The notes beneath the pieces are model-generated. The model searched no databases. It was given only the letters and a program-made list of their open reading frames with translations, and had not been told where the DNA came from. A stretch of DNA of 64,000 bases from Phycisphaerae bacterium. GTDB lineage: Bacteria > Planctomycetota > Phycisphaerae > UBA1845. The DNA lies in contig JAJDDY010000039.1 in NCBI GenBank assembly GCA_029260075.1, forward strand, positions 6,052 through 70,051, read 5' to 3'. The position numbers were made by a program, and so were the translations under genes. This document shows, piece after piece, positions 39,804 to 50,144 of this stretch. Position 1 is the stretch's first letter. Each line of letters starts with the position of its first letter.

Positions 39804-42800
39804 CTACACAGCAGCGGTTTGACCAACACGTGCGTGTGTTTTGTCACTACGAATGCGAGCGAGCACCACAACGCACACCAAGGCAGCCAAACCAGCCACC
39901 ACCGCACGACCCGTCGGATCGGGAACGGCGGCGAGCGCGATACCCACACCACCGAAACCGGCGAGCAGTGTCACAACCGTATGAAGCAACTTGGGATTGT
40001 TCAGCAGCGGCGTCGCCACGGCGATCGAGCTATACGTTCCAACGAAGACACCGATCAGCAAGGCAAAGCTGAACCCATGCACGCCCTTTCCACCGGCGAA
40101 ATACAGCACGGCTACAACGATCAGCGTGGTCAATGACGTCATCAGCGTTCGCGACAACGTCTGGTTGATGCTGCCGTTAATCACACGCGGGTTGATCGTG
40201 TCCGATCGCCCCTTGTTTTCCCTGATCCGGTCGAACACGACAATCGTATCGTTGAGGCTATAACCAATGACCGTCAAGATCGCCGCGATCATGGGCAGGT
40301 CGATTCGGAACGCGTCCAACATGATCGCGCGTCCCAGGAAGTTGTTGGCCACGATTTGACTCAGCGCGACCAACCCCAGCGTAATCGAAACGTCGTGCGC
40401 CAACGCAACAATGGCTGCGAGACCGTACTCCTTGGTACCGAACCGAAGCCAGAGGTACGACACGATGGCGGCAAACGCCAGGACGATAGCGAACATGGCC
40501 TGATTCCGCGTTTGCTCAGCGATCGGTGCCGAGAACTGTATGACCTTGGAGAGAGACTTCTCCTGACCGAGGGCGGCCTGAACGAGCGCACGCTGAGGCT
40601 CGGCCAACGATTCCTCCCAACGAACCGAATCGTCGTCATAGTGCAACGAATCGTCCGTGGCGACGACCGCAAACTTGCGATAACCCGAACGACCGTCGCG
40701 GAGCATGGTCGCAGCGCCAAGGGGAAGAATGGCTGATTCGCGCGTAGCGTATCGCTCGAATTCCGGCTGAAGACCTACCTCACGGGTACGGCGTTCGAGT
40801 TCCTCGACAGCGACCGGCTGTTCACCTTGATCAAGATCGACGACGATTGCAGCCCCGCCGCGGAAACGACGAACATCAAAGTTGGCGTCGCCGCCGATTA
40901 CATCCGACAGGTACTGGTCGTTCGACTCCACAACAAAGAAAGGCTTCATGGTCAGTTCGCTGTCGTTAACCATGCGATGACGGATCGACCTCTGTATGGA
41001 AAGATCGTCGCCGAGCGTCGCGACGATCGCCGATTGAATCAACGCCCTGTTGGTATCCACGGTTACGATTTCGTAGGACTTGGACTCCCCGCCGTCGATC
41101 TTGCGTCCACCGACGGCCTGCACGCGCGCGCCACGCAACCTGCTGGCCGATACCCGCGTTTCCTTCGCCGCATCCACAACTGCTTGACGAAACGTTTTGA
41201 GCGTGAGCTGTTCCTTGCCCGGCTTGGAGTCAAAGACGGCCGCACCTTCGTCGGCGCGTGCGCCGTTACGAACGACGTGCGATTCAATAGTCGATTGCAT
41301 TAGCGCCACGAGTTGAGCGGGGGCAAGATCAGCCGAAGTCAACCGGAAGTCGATCGACGAATCGCCCTCAACGGCCTGTGACTGCTCAAGCTGATCCGCA
41401 GCCTTGTCCAACCACGCTGCGGCCGAGGCGACGGACCGACCGTCTCCCGTGATCAACTCCGTCATTTCTTCATCCGTCATAGACACGTCAGGCTTGAGAT
41501 CGATCTGCAGGCTGGTGCCACCAAGGAACTCGATGTCGAACATCGACTCAGTGCGTGCGCTGCTCATTCCGATGAACAGCGCCATTCCAACCACGGACGC
41601 CAGGATCGAAGCAGGCCAGCATATCCTGCGAAGGGCCATCCAATCGACCGATGGTTGACCGATCCAACGACGCATCGACAAGTCCTTTAGCCAACCCTTG
41701 GCGATCAGTGAGTTGAACGCCAGCCGAGTGACGAAGAGCGCCGTAAACATACTCGTGGTGATACCGATACCAAGCGTGATGGCAAAGCCCTTGATTTCCT
41801 CACTGCCGACGAACCCCAAGATGACACAAGTGATAAGTGTCGTCAGATTGGCGTCAATAATGGTCGAAAAGGCTTTGTCATACCCGATGTTCAGCGCTCG
41901 CTTGAACACAACGCCCCGGTCGCGCTCCTCGCGAATGCGCTCAAGTATGAGCACGTTGGCGTCGACGGCCATACCGACGGTAAGAATCAATCCGGCGATT
42001 CCGGGCAGCGTAAACGTCGCTTGCAACAGCGCCATCGCCGAAAGAACAAGCAACAGGTTCATGATCAACGCCACGTTAGCCAATCCGCCCGCGACAATGC
42101 CGTAGTAGAACAAGACGAAGACCAGAACGGCGATCGTGCCATAGACTGCCGCACTGATTCCTTTCGTGCGGTTCACTTCCCCGAGGCTTGGACCGATCGT
42201 GTTTTCCATCAACGGCGTATCGCGAAGACGCGCTGGGAGCGATCCCGCTTCAAGGGAGCTGACCAGTTCCTGAACTTTTTCATCGGTGAACGACCCGCCG
42301 CTGATCTGTCCGCGCTCCGTAATACGACTCTGGATGGTGGCGAAAGACATGGCGGAGTTGTCGAGCATAATGCACAACCAGCGATCGATGTTGTCGCCGG
42401 TAAGTTTTCCGAAGAGACGTCCGCCTCGCGGATCCAGCGTGAAACTGACTACGCTGCGTCCGGAGAGCGGATCACGGTTCGGAAACGCCTTCCGAAGCGA
42501 CCAGTCCGCCTTACCGGTTCCTTTGAGCAAGCCATACTCGCGGTCGATGTGCGCAAGAACGTAGTACCGCCCTACATACTCCTCGATGATGGGAAGGCTC
42601 GGACGCTCCTTCTGCGCCTCCCACTCTGCCATGGTTTTGGTGTTCGTAAAACCAAGAACATCCGAAACGGGGAACCAACCATAGCGGTCACCGGTCTGCG
42701 GACGGGCGCCATGTTCGGCCAGTTGCTTGGTGTACCGGCTGATTTCGTGCCGAAGCGCCGAGTCGTTCGGCGACTGAGTGAACGTCGGCGAGCCGGGGTC

Positions 42801-43625
42801 GCGGTTGGCAAGAATGCGGAATTCGAGCACGCCGGCTCCGCGAAGCCTTCGCTTCAGATCTTCCGGATCCTCGAGGTCGGCTTTGTTCTTCGCCCAGGCG
42901 TCGTGCGCCTCCACAACTGCGGTGATGCAACCCGGATTGCCATCCGCCGCAATGTCGTATTCGGGAAACGCCGCACGCAATGTCGCCAACTGCTCGTCGC
43001 GCTTGGGACCGACTGGTAACGACAGCACATCGGTCAAGCGACTCATTCGCATATTCGTTGCGAGCAGTGCGTTCATGGCCTCTTCGTAGGCTTTCGCGGT
43101 TCCGTCGCCTGCACCGGATTCTGAGGACGCTCGCTGAGCGTCGAACGCAGACGCCACGGCATCAATCAATGGACGACGACTCTCGATCCCGCGTACCAAC
43201 CCGTCAAGAAGCGTCTGACGTTGGTCAGCACCGGAGTTCAACGCCGACTCAACGTCGAAACGCACGATGCTCGCGGCTTTGACGCGATCCTTCGCCGCAT
43301 CGTATACCTCACGCCGAGCACGCGCTTCAGCCGGTGGCCTCGGCATGCGCACTTCGAGACGTGTATTGCCCACTGGACGCCACTCAAGATTCATCTGCCC
43401 ATTGGGATCGACGCGATCCTTGAGGATGCGTATTACCTTCGCAGAAAGACCGGACTTGTCTTCCGGTTCAAGACCAGTCGTGTCGATTTCGTACAACAGA
43501 CTTGTTCCGCCGACGAGGTCAATTCCACCCTTTAGCTTTTCGCCGGGCGGGTAAAGGATCGCCATCGCCAAAGCGACCAGGACGATCACCATTACCCACT
43601 TAGTCATTCGGTTTGATTCGTTCAT
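39804..43625 (-). CDS. secDF: Fused protein translocase subunit SecDF
   Basis: GIDLVGGTSL, IGPSLG, TLPGIAGLILTVGMAVDANVLI, IEFLGG, IGYSLNDTIVVFDRIREN, GTYSSIAVA. Confidence 0.96.
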   Translation of the reverse strand: MNESNRMTKWVMVIVLVALAMAILYPPGEKLKGGIDLVGGTSLLYEIDTTGLEPEDKSGLSAKVIRILKDRVDPNGQMNLEWRPVGNTRLEVRMPRPPAEARARREVYDAAKDRVKAASIVRFDVESALNSGADQRQTLLDGLVRGIESRRPLIDAVASAFDAQRASSESGAGDGTAKAYEEAMNALLATNMRMSRLTDVLSLPVGPKRDEQLATLRAAFPEYDIAADGNPGCITAVVEAHDAWAKNKADLEDPEDLKRRLRGAGVLEFRILANRDPGSPTFTQSPNDSALRHEISRYTKQLAEHGARPQTGDRYGWFPVSDVLGFTNTKTMAEWEAQKERPSLPIIEEYVGRYYVLAHIDREYGLLKGTGKADWSLRKAFPNRDPLSGRSVVSFTLDPRGGRLFGKLTGDNIDRWLCIMLDNSAMSFATIQSRITERGQISGGSFTDEKVQELVSSLEAGSLPARLRDTPLMENTIGPSLGEVNRTKGISAAVYGTIAVLVFVLFYYGIVAGGLANVALIMNLLLVLSAMALLQATFTLPGIAGLILTVGMAVDANVLILERIREERDRGVVFKRALNIGYDKAFSTIIDANLTTLITCVILGFVGSEEIKGFAITLGIGITTSMFTALFVTRLAFNSLIAKGWLKDLSMRRWIGQPSVDWMALRRICWPASILASVVGMALFIGMSSARTESMFDIEFLGGTSLQIDLKPDVSMTDEEMTELITGDGRSVASAAAWLDKAADQLEQSQAVEGDSSIDFRLTSADLAPAQLVALMQSTIESHVVRNGARADEGAAVFDSKPGKEQLTLKTFRQAVVDAAKETRVSASRLRGARVQAVGGRKIDGGESKSYEIVTVDTNRALIQSAIVATLGDDLSIQRSIRHRMVNDSELTMKPFFVVESNDQYLSDVIGGDANFDVRRFRGGAAIVVDLDQGEQPVAVEELERRTREVGLQPEFERYATRESAILPLGAATMLRDGRSGYRKFAVVATDDSLHYDDDSVRWEESLAEPQRALVQAALGQEKSLSKVIQFSAPIAEQTRNQAMFAIVLAFAAIVSYLWLRFGTKEYGLAAIVALAHDVSITLGLVALSQIVANNFLGRAIMLDAFRIDLPMIAAILTVIGYSLNDTIVVFDRIRENKGRSDTINPRVINGSINQTLSRTLMTSLTTLIVVAVLYFAGGKGVHGFSFALLIGVFVGTYSSIAVATPLLNNPKLLHTVVTLLAGFGGVGIALAAVPDPTGRAVVAGLAALVCVVVLARIRSDKTHARVGQTAAV

Positions 43626-43782
43626 GATATCTTTTTGTGAACTCCAAGAAGAACAGCGCCGCCGCACCGGCCGCGCATTTGATCAGTTAGTCGATTTTGA
43701 GAAACGATTCGGATTCACGGTCGTAACCACGAGATGCACGCCGTCGTAACGATGGCGCAGCGGGTCCACACAACGCGCGTAG

Positions 43783-44202
43783 TTAGGATGTAGCGGGCGG
43801 AGCGTGTGGTCGAACGGGCATCGCGGTCATCGCGAGCGACGTAGCCACGCACCGCCCATTGGAAATGTCTCGCTGATCATGCGAGAGGGAAAGAGGAGCC
43901 GTCGGTCGAAGCGACAAACGCCGTGCGAAACCAACCAGCACACTCCGCATACACGATGCGAGACCGGATCGATGAACCGGTTCCACCATAACGACTGGCC
44001 CGGTGGCCGCAGTCGTGGATGGCTCGTCTTGTTGGTCGTCAGACGGGTCAACCGGCGTCTCACCCGGCTCGCCGCCGTCGTCGGGCGTGACCGGTGTATC
44101 GGCCACCGTAGGCTCGCTCTGTTCACCTTGAGCTACAACCTGGGCCCACGACGCGCCCGCGATAGTGAAGCTCAGAATGACCGCCGCAAGGTTTCGATAC
44201 AT
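43783..44202 (-). CDS. Exported leader protein upstream of secDF; candidate arrest peptide
   Basis: Signal peptide MYRNLAAVILSFTIAGASWA, acidic/Pro-rich linker, C-terminal VRPHAPPATS*. Confidence 0.65.
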   Translation of the reverse strand: MYRNLAAVILSFTIAGASWAQVVAQGEQSEPTVADTPVTPDDGGEPGETPVDPSDDQQDEPSTTAATGPVVMVEPVHRSGLASCMRSVLVGFARRLSLRPTAPLSLSHDQRDISNGRCVATSLAMTAMPVRPHAPPATS

Positions 44203-44347
44203 GGTGCAGATTATAGATGCGAACGTCCACTCAGCCAATGGGGCATGATTCATAATGTAGCGCTCCGCCACTCTCCCCCTCACGACAGGTTGATCTGTGA
44301 GTTTTTTTCGGCCGACCGGACCCTCGGCGATCGGTTTTTCGCCGATC

Positions 44348-44377
44348 TTGACTCATCTACGATTTGCGTCCTATAAT
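44348..44377 (+). promoter_or_regulatory. Sigma70-like promoter
   Basis: TTGACT-18 nt-TATAAT in an AT-rich divergent intergenic region; second TATAAT at 44464. Confidence 0.55.
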
Positions 44378-44515
44378 ATAGTCGATTCAGTCAAGATTTG
44401 GACGTCAAACAGGAATTGACTTCACAAAAGCAAGAAAATCGTGGCAATGCGGATTGGGACCGGTATAATGCGCGGTGTAAGCAATTTGTGCGGTTTTTGA
44501 ATTGGTAAGGGAACC

Positions 44516-45097
44516 ATGGTAGAACGAGGTCAAACACAGCAACCAAGGCAGCGGGTGGACGAGCTACAGTTCTGCTTATACAACCGCGCAATTCATCCTG
44601 AGCTTTTCGATATCCAGTGTGTCCGAAGAATCGAGCAAGCGCGCTACTCGGCTGAAATCTGGGTCGTAGGGCTGACGCACGTCGTTACTGTACAGGCTGG
44701 CAATCAGGTACTCACCGAACTGATCACCGAAGATACCGACATTCTACCCAAGGCTGGCTTGGCTACGTCTTTCCGATTTCGCGGTGAGCGGGACCACGCC
44801 CAGTCATTCGGCGACGACATGAAGTACATCCTCTCGACGCAAGTCGAGCGTATGACGCCTCAGCTTTTCCCCGCAACGCACCGCGACTACGTCCACTACG
44901 CACAGAGTCGAGAGATTTTCGTCTCGTTCGACGATTGGGCGCATGACGGACTTGCCCCGTTCACGTTCATCGACTTCGACGCCCGTGATCACGAGTTCCA
45001 CGTTCACGCATTCCATGCGTTCCCGGAAGAACTCACGCTGCTCAAGACTCAAAGCATCATTGAAGTCGGTGAGCGGCGCATCCGCGCTGAGTGGTAG
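44516..45097 (+). CDS. DUF2617-like protein
   Basis: LYNRAIHPELF and HAFPEELTLLKTQS resemble my recollection of this family. Confidence 0.6.
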   Translation: MVERGQTQQPRQRVDELQFCLYNRAIHPELFDIQCVRRIEQARYSAEIWVVGLTHVVTVQAGNQVLTELITEDTDILPKAGLATSFRFRGERDHAQSFGDDMKYILSTQVERMTPQLFPATHRDYVHYAQSREIFVSFDDWAHDGLAPFTFIDFDARDHEFHVHAFHAFPEELTLLKTQSIIEVGERRIRAEW

Positions 45098-45426
45098 CGG
45101 TGGCCTGGCGCTAGATCTTCCCACAAGTCGTGGTGGGCAGAGATTTTTGCGGTTGCGGTGCGATCACTCATGTTGGAGCAACCATCAGCGAACGCACGAG
45201 CCTAGCGTAAGATTAGTTTTGAATCTGCGGGTTGTCGCCGTCCGCACTACCGAGGCCAGGCGCGCCGGTCAGAGCCCGCCGCGCTAGCGGCGGCACCGGT
45301 CCGCGGGCTGGCGCCAACAGCTCTGATGCCGTCGCAAGCCCGTAGATTTGGCTGTGACGCACCACTGGGTTCTGAGCGTCTTTGAATCACATCATTCCTA
45401 TCGCAACGGCTGGACCCTAAGCCATC

Positions 45427-46509
45427 ATGAACTCAATTCCCGATCGTCAGCGCGTCCTTCGCGTTCTGGACGCGAACCTCAACCGAGCGCGGGAAGCCCT
45501 GCGCGTTCTGGAGGAGTATGCACGACTCGTCATTGATGACAAGGGTCTGACGAAGCACACCAAAGGCATTCGGCATGACCTGGTTGCCTGCGTTCCCGAA
45601 GCGCTGAACCGCCGGCTCACGGTTTCGCGCGATATCGTCGCGGACGTGGGCCGCACCGTGGGCACGCCGAGCGAGTATCACCGGTCCAACATATCCGATG
45701 TGACGACGGCGGCGGCGAAGCGGCTCGAAGAAGCGTTGCGGACTATTGAGGAATACGGCAAGACGATCGACCCGTCGTTCGCTCGCGGGATCGAGACGAT
45801 CCGCTACTGCGTGTACGAATTGGAACAGCGAATCGATCGCCTTCAGCATGCACAACAACGTTTCGGGGCGATCGGCCTCTACGTCATCATCACCGATCAG
45901 GTGTGCGTCAATGACTGGTTTCAGACGGCCACCGAGGCCTTGAAAGGCGGTGCGTCCTGCTTGCAGCTACGGGAAAAAAACCTTTCCGATCGTGAATTGC
46001 TCGATCGAGCCCGTCGCCTTCGAGCACTGTGCCACGAGCACGACGCCTTGTTCATCCTCAACGACCGAGCCGATCTCGCGGCGCTTGCGGAGGCAGACGG
46101 CGTGCACCTTGGTCAGGATGACATCTCCGTGTCGGGTGCTCGTCGACTCATGCCGGATCGGTGCATCGTTGGTATCAGCACAAACACTAGAGAGCAAGTA
46201 GACCAAGCCCTTGAGCAGCGTCCCGACTATGTGGCCACTGGTCCGACCTATGCGACGGCGCTTAAGCCGGACGCTCCAACCGCCGGGATTGATCTGCTGA
46301 CCTATGCGCGCAGTCGCACGTCGACGCCCCTGGTGGCGATCGGCGGCATTGATGCGGGCACCGCCGGGGTAATTCTTAACCAAGTCGTCTGTACGCTCTG
46401 CGTCTGCCGCGCGGTGGTGGCGGCACAAGACGCACGCGCCGCAACCGCCCTTCTCACCCGCGCGATAGACACCGCGCGACGGACAGCGAACGCATCCACC
46501 GCCGAGTAG
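45427..46509 (+). CDS. thiE: Thiamine-phosphate synthase with N-terminal extension
   Basis: RVLDANLNRAREALRVLEE, LQLREK, ILNDRAD, GVHLGQDD, VAIGGI. Confidence 0.92.
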   Translation: MNSIPDRQRVLRVLDANLNRAREALRVLEEYARLVIDDKGLTKHTKGIRHDLVACVPEALNRRLTVSRDIVADVGRTVGTPSEYHRSNISDVTTAAAKRLEEALRTIEEYGKTIDPSFARGIETIRYCVYELEQRIDRLQHAQQRFGAIGLYVIITDQVCVNDWFQTATEALKGGASCLQLREKNLSDRELLDRARRLRALCHEHDALFILNDRADLAALAEADGVHLGQDDISVSGARRLMPDRCIVGISTNTREQVDQALEQRPDYVATGPTYATALKPDAPTAGIDLLTYARSRTSTPLVAIGGIDAGTAGVILNQVVCTLCVCRAVVAAQDARAATALLTRAIDTARRTANASTAE

Positions 46510-46801
46510 GCACGCTGCTGAGTTCGAGGAGAGGACAGACACCTCGTTCCAGTATTCACCCGCCACGGCGCACACCGGCAGGACACCGGCGCCGAACATC
46601 CACTGTTACACCCGTCGCGACTCGCCGTCCGGGCGTCGCGTTCGGACAACGGTACAAGCGATGCTGTTGCCTACACGTAACGCTACACGTACCCTGAGCG
46701 GTTAGTTGAAGACCGAGGACCGAAACTCCAACGTGGAAGCTCGAAGATTCGAAATTGAAAGTCGACGGGTGCGACTCTTCGCGGTAAGACAAGCGTAGAC
46801 C

Positions 46802-48391
46802 ATGAGCAAGTCATACGACGCTATCATCATCGGCGGTGGGCACAATGGGTTGGTTTGTGCCGCCTACCTAGCCCGCGCCGGGCGACGTGTGCTTGTGCTT
46901 GAGCGCCGTCACGTTTTGGGCGGTGCCGCTGTGACCGAGGAACTCTACCCCGGGTTCAAGTTCTCCGTCTGTTCCTACGTCGTCAGCCTGTTCCGGCCCC
47001 ACATCATTCGAGAGCTGTCACTACCCGAGCACGGGTTGGACATGATTCCGCTGGAATGTTCGTTTCTCCCGCTACCCAACGGCGACTCACTCTGCCGCTG
47101 GGCCGATGCACAAGATACCCGCCGTGAGATCGCCCGATTCAGCGCCAAGGATGCGGAGGTCGCCCCGGAATTCTCCATGGCGATGACCAAGCTTTCCTAC
47201 TTCGCCCGCGACATTATCGAGTCGACCGCGCCGGACCCCGCTTCGATCGACCCGCGAGAAATGATCAAGCTGCTTCGCTTGGGCAAACGATTCAAGTCGC
47301 TCGGCGCCGACATGATGCAGCTCAACATGCAGCTTATGACCATGAGCGCCGTGGATTTTCTCGACCTTTGGTTTGAGTCCGAAGTGCTCAAAGCACCCAT
47401 GTCGGTCAGCGGTATCATCGGCACGTTTCTCGGCGTTCGGTCACCGAGCACCGCCTACGTTCTGTTGCATCATTACATGGGCGAGATCGACGGGGCGTTT
47501 CGGTCGTGGGGATTCTGCCGGGGTGGTACCGGAGCTTTGAGCCTTTCTGTCGCATCGGCGGCACGTAACTTCGGCGCGGACATCAGAACGGAGATGGACG
47601 TCGAGCGCATCCTTGTCGAACACGGCGAAGCACGCGGCGTCGTACTGGCTGACGGCACGGAGTTTCGATCCAAGACTGTGGTTTCCGGACTCGACCCACA
47701 CCGAACGTTTCTGCGCCTGGTCGGCGAATCCAACCTCGATCCGTCGTTCACCACGAAAATCAAGCGCTACAAGATGCGCGGTAGTTCGGGCAAAGTGAAC
47801 CTTGCGGTCGATCGGCTGCCGGAGTTCACGTGTCGGCCCAAAGGCAGCGCCCACCTGCGCGGCGACATCGCCATCGCGCCAAGTATTGACTATCTCGAAC
47901 GGGCGTACGACCAAGCCAAGTATGGTGATTTCTCAGAGCGCCCGTACCTGAACGTCGTGATACCCTCGCTGGTTGATCCCAGTTTGGCGCCACCAGGTAA
48001 GCACATCGTCTCGTGTTTCGTGCAGTATGCGCCGTATGCAATCAAGGAAGGTCCGGAGTTTTGGCCACAGCGCCGCGAGGCCTTCGGCGATGCCGTCGTC
48101 GACACGCTCGCGGAATACTGCCCCGGACTAAAGGAGTCGATTCTGTTCCGCCAAGTGCTCACACCATGGGACTTGGAACAAGACTTCGGGCTCACCGAGG
48201 GCAACATTTTTCACGGCGAGCTGAGCCCTGAGCAGCTACTGTTCCAACGACCCGTGTCCGGCTGGGCCAAGTACCGAACACCGATTCGGCACTTGTGGAT
48301 GTGCGCCTCGGGAACGCACCCGGGCGGCGGCATCATGGGCGCACCCGGCGAACTTGCAGCCAAGACCATGCTAAGGACCAGAAGCGTATGA
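46802..48391 (+). CDS. Phytoene-dehydrogenase-family FAD oxidoreductase (PYROXD2-like)
   Basis: IIGGGHNGL, LGGAAVTEE, GNIFHGE, GTHPGGGIMGAPG. Confidence 0.88.
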   Translation: MSKSYDAIIIGGGHNGLVCAAYLARAGRRVLVLERRHVLGGAAVTEELYPGFKFSVCSYVVSLFRPHIIRELSLPEHGLDMIPLECSFLPLPNGDSLCRWADAQDTRREIARFSAKDAEVAPEFSMAMTKLSYFARDIIESTAPDPASIDPREMIKLLRLGKRFKSLGADMMQLNMQLMTMSAVDFLDLWFESEVLKAPMSVSGIIGTFLGVRSPSTAYVLLHHYMGEIDGAFRSWGFCRGGTGALSLSVASAARNFGADIRTEMDVERILVEHGEARGVVLADGTEFRSKTVVSGLDPHRTFLRLVGESNLDPSFTTKIKRYKMRGSSGKVNLAVDRLPEFTCRPKGSAHLRGDIAIAPSIDYLERAYDQAKYGDFSERPYLNVVIPSLVDPSLAPPGKHIVSCFVQYAPYAIKEGPEFWPQRREAFGDAVVDTLAEYCPGLKESILFRQVLTPWDLEQDFGLTEGNIFHGELSPEQLLFQRPVSGWAKYRTPIRHLWMCASGTHPGGGIMGAPGELAAKTMLRTRSV

Positions 48392-49947
48392 CGCCCTCCA
48401 CGCAAGGATCCGGTCGATACGACGTGATCGTCATCGGTGCCGGGCACAACGGACTTGCTGCGGCGGCGCTTCTGGGCAAGAGCGGCCGCAAGGTGCTCGT
48501 TGTCGAGCGGCGAGCGATCATCGGCGGTGTGGCGGCTGGCGAGGAGTTTCATCCCGAATATCGAACCGCCGGATTGCTTCACGATAGCTCGACGCTTTGC
48601 GTCGATATGCTGAGCACACTGCAACTCGCACGGCATGGCCTATCTCTAACCAAAGAACCGGCGGCGGTCTTCATGCCTCACCTCGAGGGTCCGGGTTTGC
48701 TCTTAAGTCGCGACGCAGGGAACGCAGGGCAAGAGCTTGGCGCATCGTCCAATGGCGACGCGAAGGCATACGCCGAATACCGAACGTTCCTTGCGAGCAT
48801 TCGTAACTTCGTACAACGCTTACTCGGCGCTCCGCCGCCGGACCTCTACGGCGACGGCTTTTCATCCCTGATGCCACTGGTGCGTCACGGCATCGCGATG
48901 CGCCGACTTGGTCGCGATACGATGATGGAACTCATGCGCATCGTCCCGATGCCTATCGAAGATTATCTAAACGAACGGTTCGAGTCGGACGTGCTCAAAG
49001 CCGCACTTGCGGCGCCGGGGATCTACGGAACGTTCATGGGGCCACGATCACCCGGCGGTATGGGAAGTCTCCTTCGCTACGAGTGCATGGCCGGCGCCGC
49101 AGTGGTCGGTGGACCGGCTTCACTGATCGCCGCTCTTGAGTCGTCGGCAGAATCGCACGGCGTAGAGATTCGTACCTCAGCAGAGGTGGTCGGAATACGC
49201 GACGACGCCGACGTTGCGGTTGGCGTCACGCTCGCCGACGGCAACGAAATCGATGCATCCGTCGTGGTGTCGTCGTGCGATCCCAAGCGGACGATTTCTT
49301 GGTTGCGATCGACTACTGAAGATACTGTTTTGCTCAAACGACAAATCCAGAACTTCCGTACGCGCGGTACAACCGCCAAGGTCAACTTGGCCCTTAGCGG
49401 GCCTTTGCGGTTTTCGTGTCGACCGGACCTAACGATCGAGCACGCACGAATCGGCGAGACGCTCGACTATCTCGAGCACGCGTTCGATGCAGTGAAGTAT
49501 CGTAAGTTTTCCGAATCGCCCATTCTCGATATTTGCGTGCCCACCGTTGCCGCACCGGACCTTGCGCCGGCCGGTCACAGCGTGGCGTCTATCCTCGTCC
49601 ACTTCGCCCCGCACCATTTGGATCCTGCATGGGACAACCGATCGCGCGATGCCCTTGGTGACACGGTAGTGGCCACACTCGAACGATACGCCCCGAACAT
49701 TCGCAAGATGATCGTGGGCAAGGAAGTTCTAACGCCCGCGGATATCGCAGATCGATACGGCCTTAGTGGTGGGCACATCTACCAGGGCGAGCACGGTCTG
49801 GACCAACTGCTGATCCGCCCGACGCCGCAGTGCGTGCGGTACGAGACACCGATCAAGGGCTTGTTCTTGGGTGGGAGCGGAAGCCATCCCGGCGGTGGCA
49901 TCACCTGCGCCCCCGGCGTGCTGGCGGCGAAAACGGTCATCGGCTAA
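48388..49947 (+). CDS. Second phytoene-dehydrogenase-family FAD oxidoreductase
   Basis: VIGAGHNGL, GHIYQGE, GSHPGGGITCAPG; ATGA overlap with first copy. Confidence 0.88.
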   Translation: MTPSTQGSGRYDVIVIGAGHNGLAAAALLGKSGRKVLVVERRAIIGGVAAGEEFHPEYRTAGLLHDSSTLCVDMLSTLQLARHGLSLTKEPAAVFMPHLEGPGLLLSRDAGNAGQELGASSNGDAKAYAEYRTFLASIRNFVQRLLGAPPPDLYGDGFSSLMPLVRHGIAMRRLGRDTMMELMRIVPMPIEDYLNERFESDVLKAALAAPGIYGTFMGPRSPGGMGSLLRYECMAGAAVVGGPASLIAALESSAESHGVEIRTSAEVVGIRDDADVAVGVTLADGNEIDASVVVSSCDPKRTISWLRSTTEDTVLLKRQIQNFRTRGTTAKVNLALSGPLRFSCRPDLTIEHARIGETLDYLEHAFDAVKYRKFSESPILDICVPTVAAPDLAPAGHSVASILVHFAPHHLDPAWDNRSRDALGDTVVATLERYAPNIRKMIVGKEVLTPADIADRYGLSGGHIYQGEHGLDQLLIRPTPQCVRYETPIKGLFLGGSGSHPGGGITCAPGVLAAKTVIG

Positions 49948-49972
49948 GCACGACGCTCAGGATGTCTTGAAC

Positions 49973-50060
49973 ACGTCGAAAAGTCAAAATGTCGGAAGAA
50001 TCAGAGCTAACCGTTTCGACATTTTGACATTTCGACGTCTCGACGTCTCGACGTTTCTAC
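49973..50060. repeat. Inverted array of ~8-nt tandem repeats (ACGTCGAA / TTTCGACG)
   Basis: ACGTCGAAAAGTCAAAATGTCGGAA ... TTTCGACATTTTGACATTTCGACGTCTCGACGTCTCGACGTTTCTAC. Confidence 0.7.
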
Positions 50061-50144
50061 ACGCCGACGTTTGATTTATCGGCTGGACATCGATAAGGTC
50101 GATGCCCGTGTGATCCCAAGAACTCCTTGTCGTGAGAATGATCC

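Noticed and set aside
42021-43019. Long antisense ORFs such as 42021-43019, 53345-54337 and 15870-16739
   Set aside because: Shadows of well-supported genes in high-GC DNA, with no recognisable motifs
44411-44430. Rex operator (TTCACAA half-site; another at ~43635)
   Set aside because: Half-sites only, no TTGTGAA-N4-TTCACAA palindrome
45300-45427. TPP riboswitch upstream of thiE
   Set aside because: Only CTGAG is present; the rest of the THI-box consensus is not recognisable
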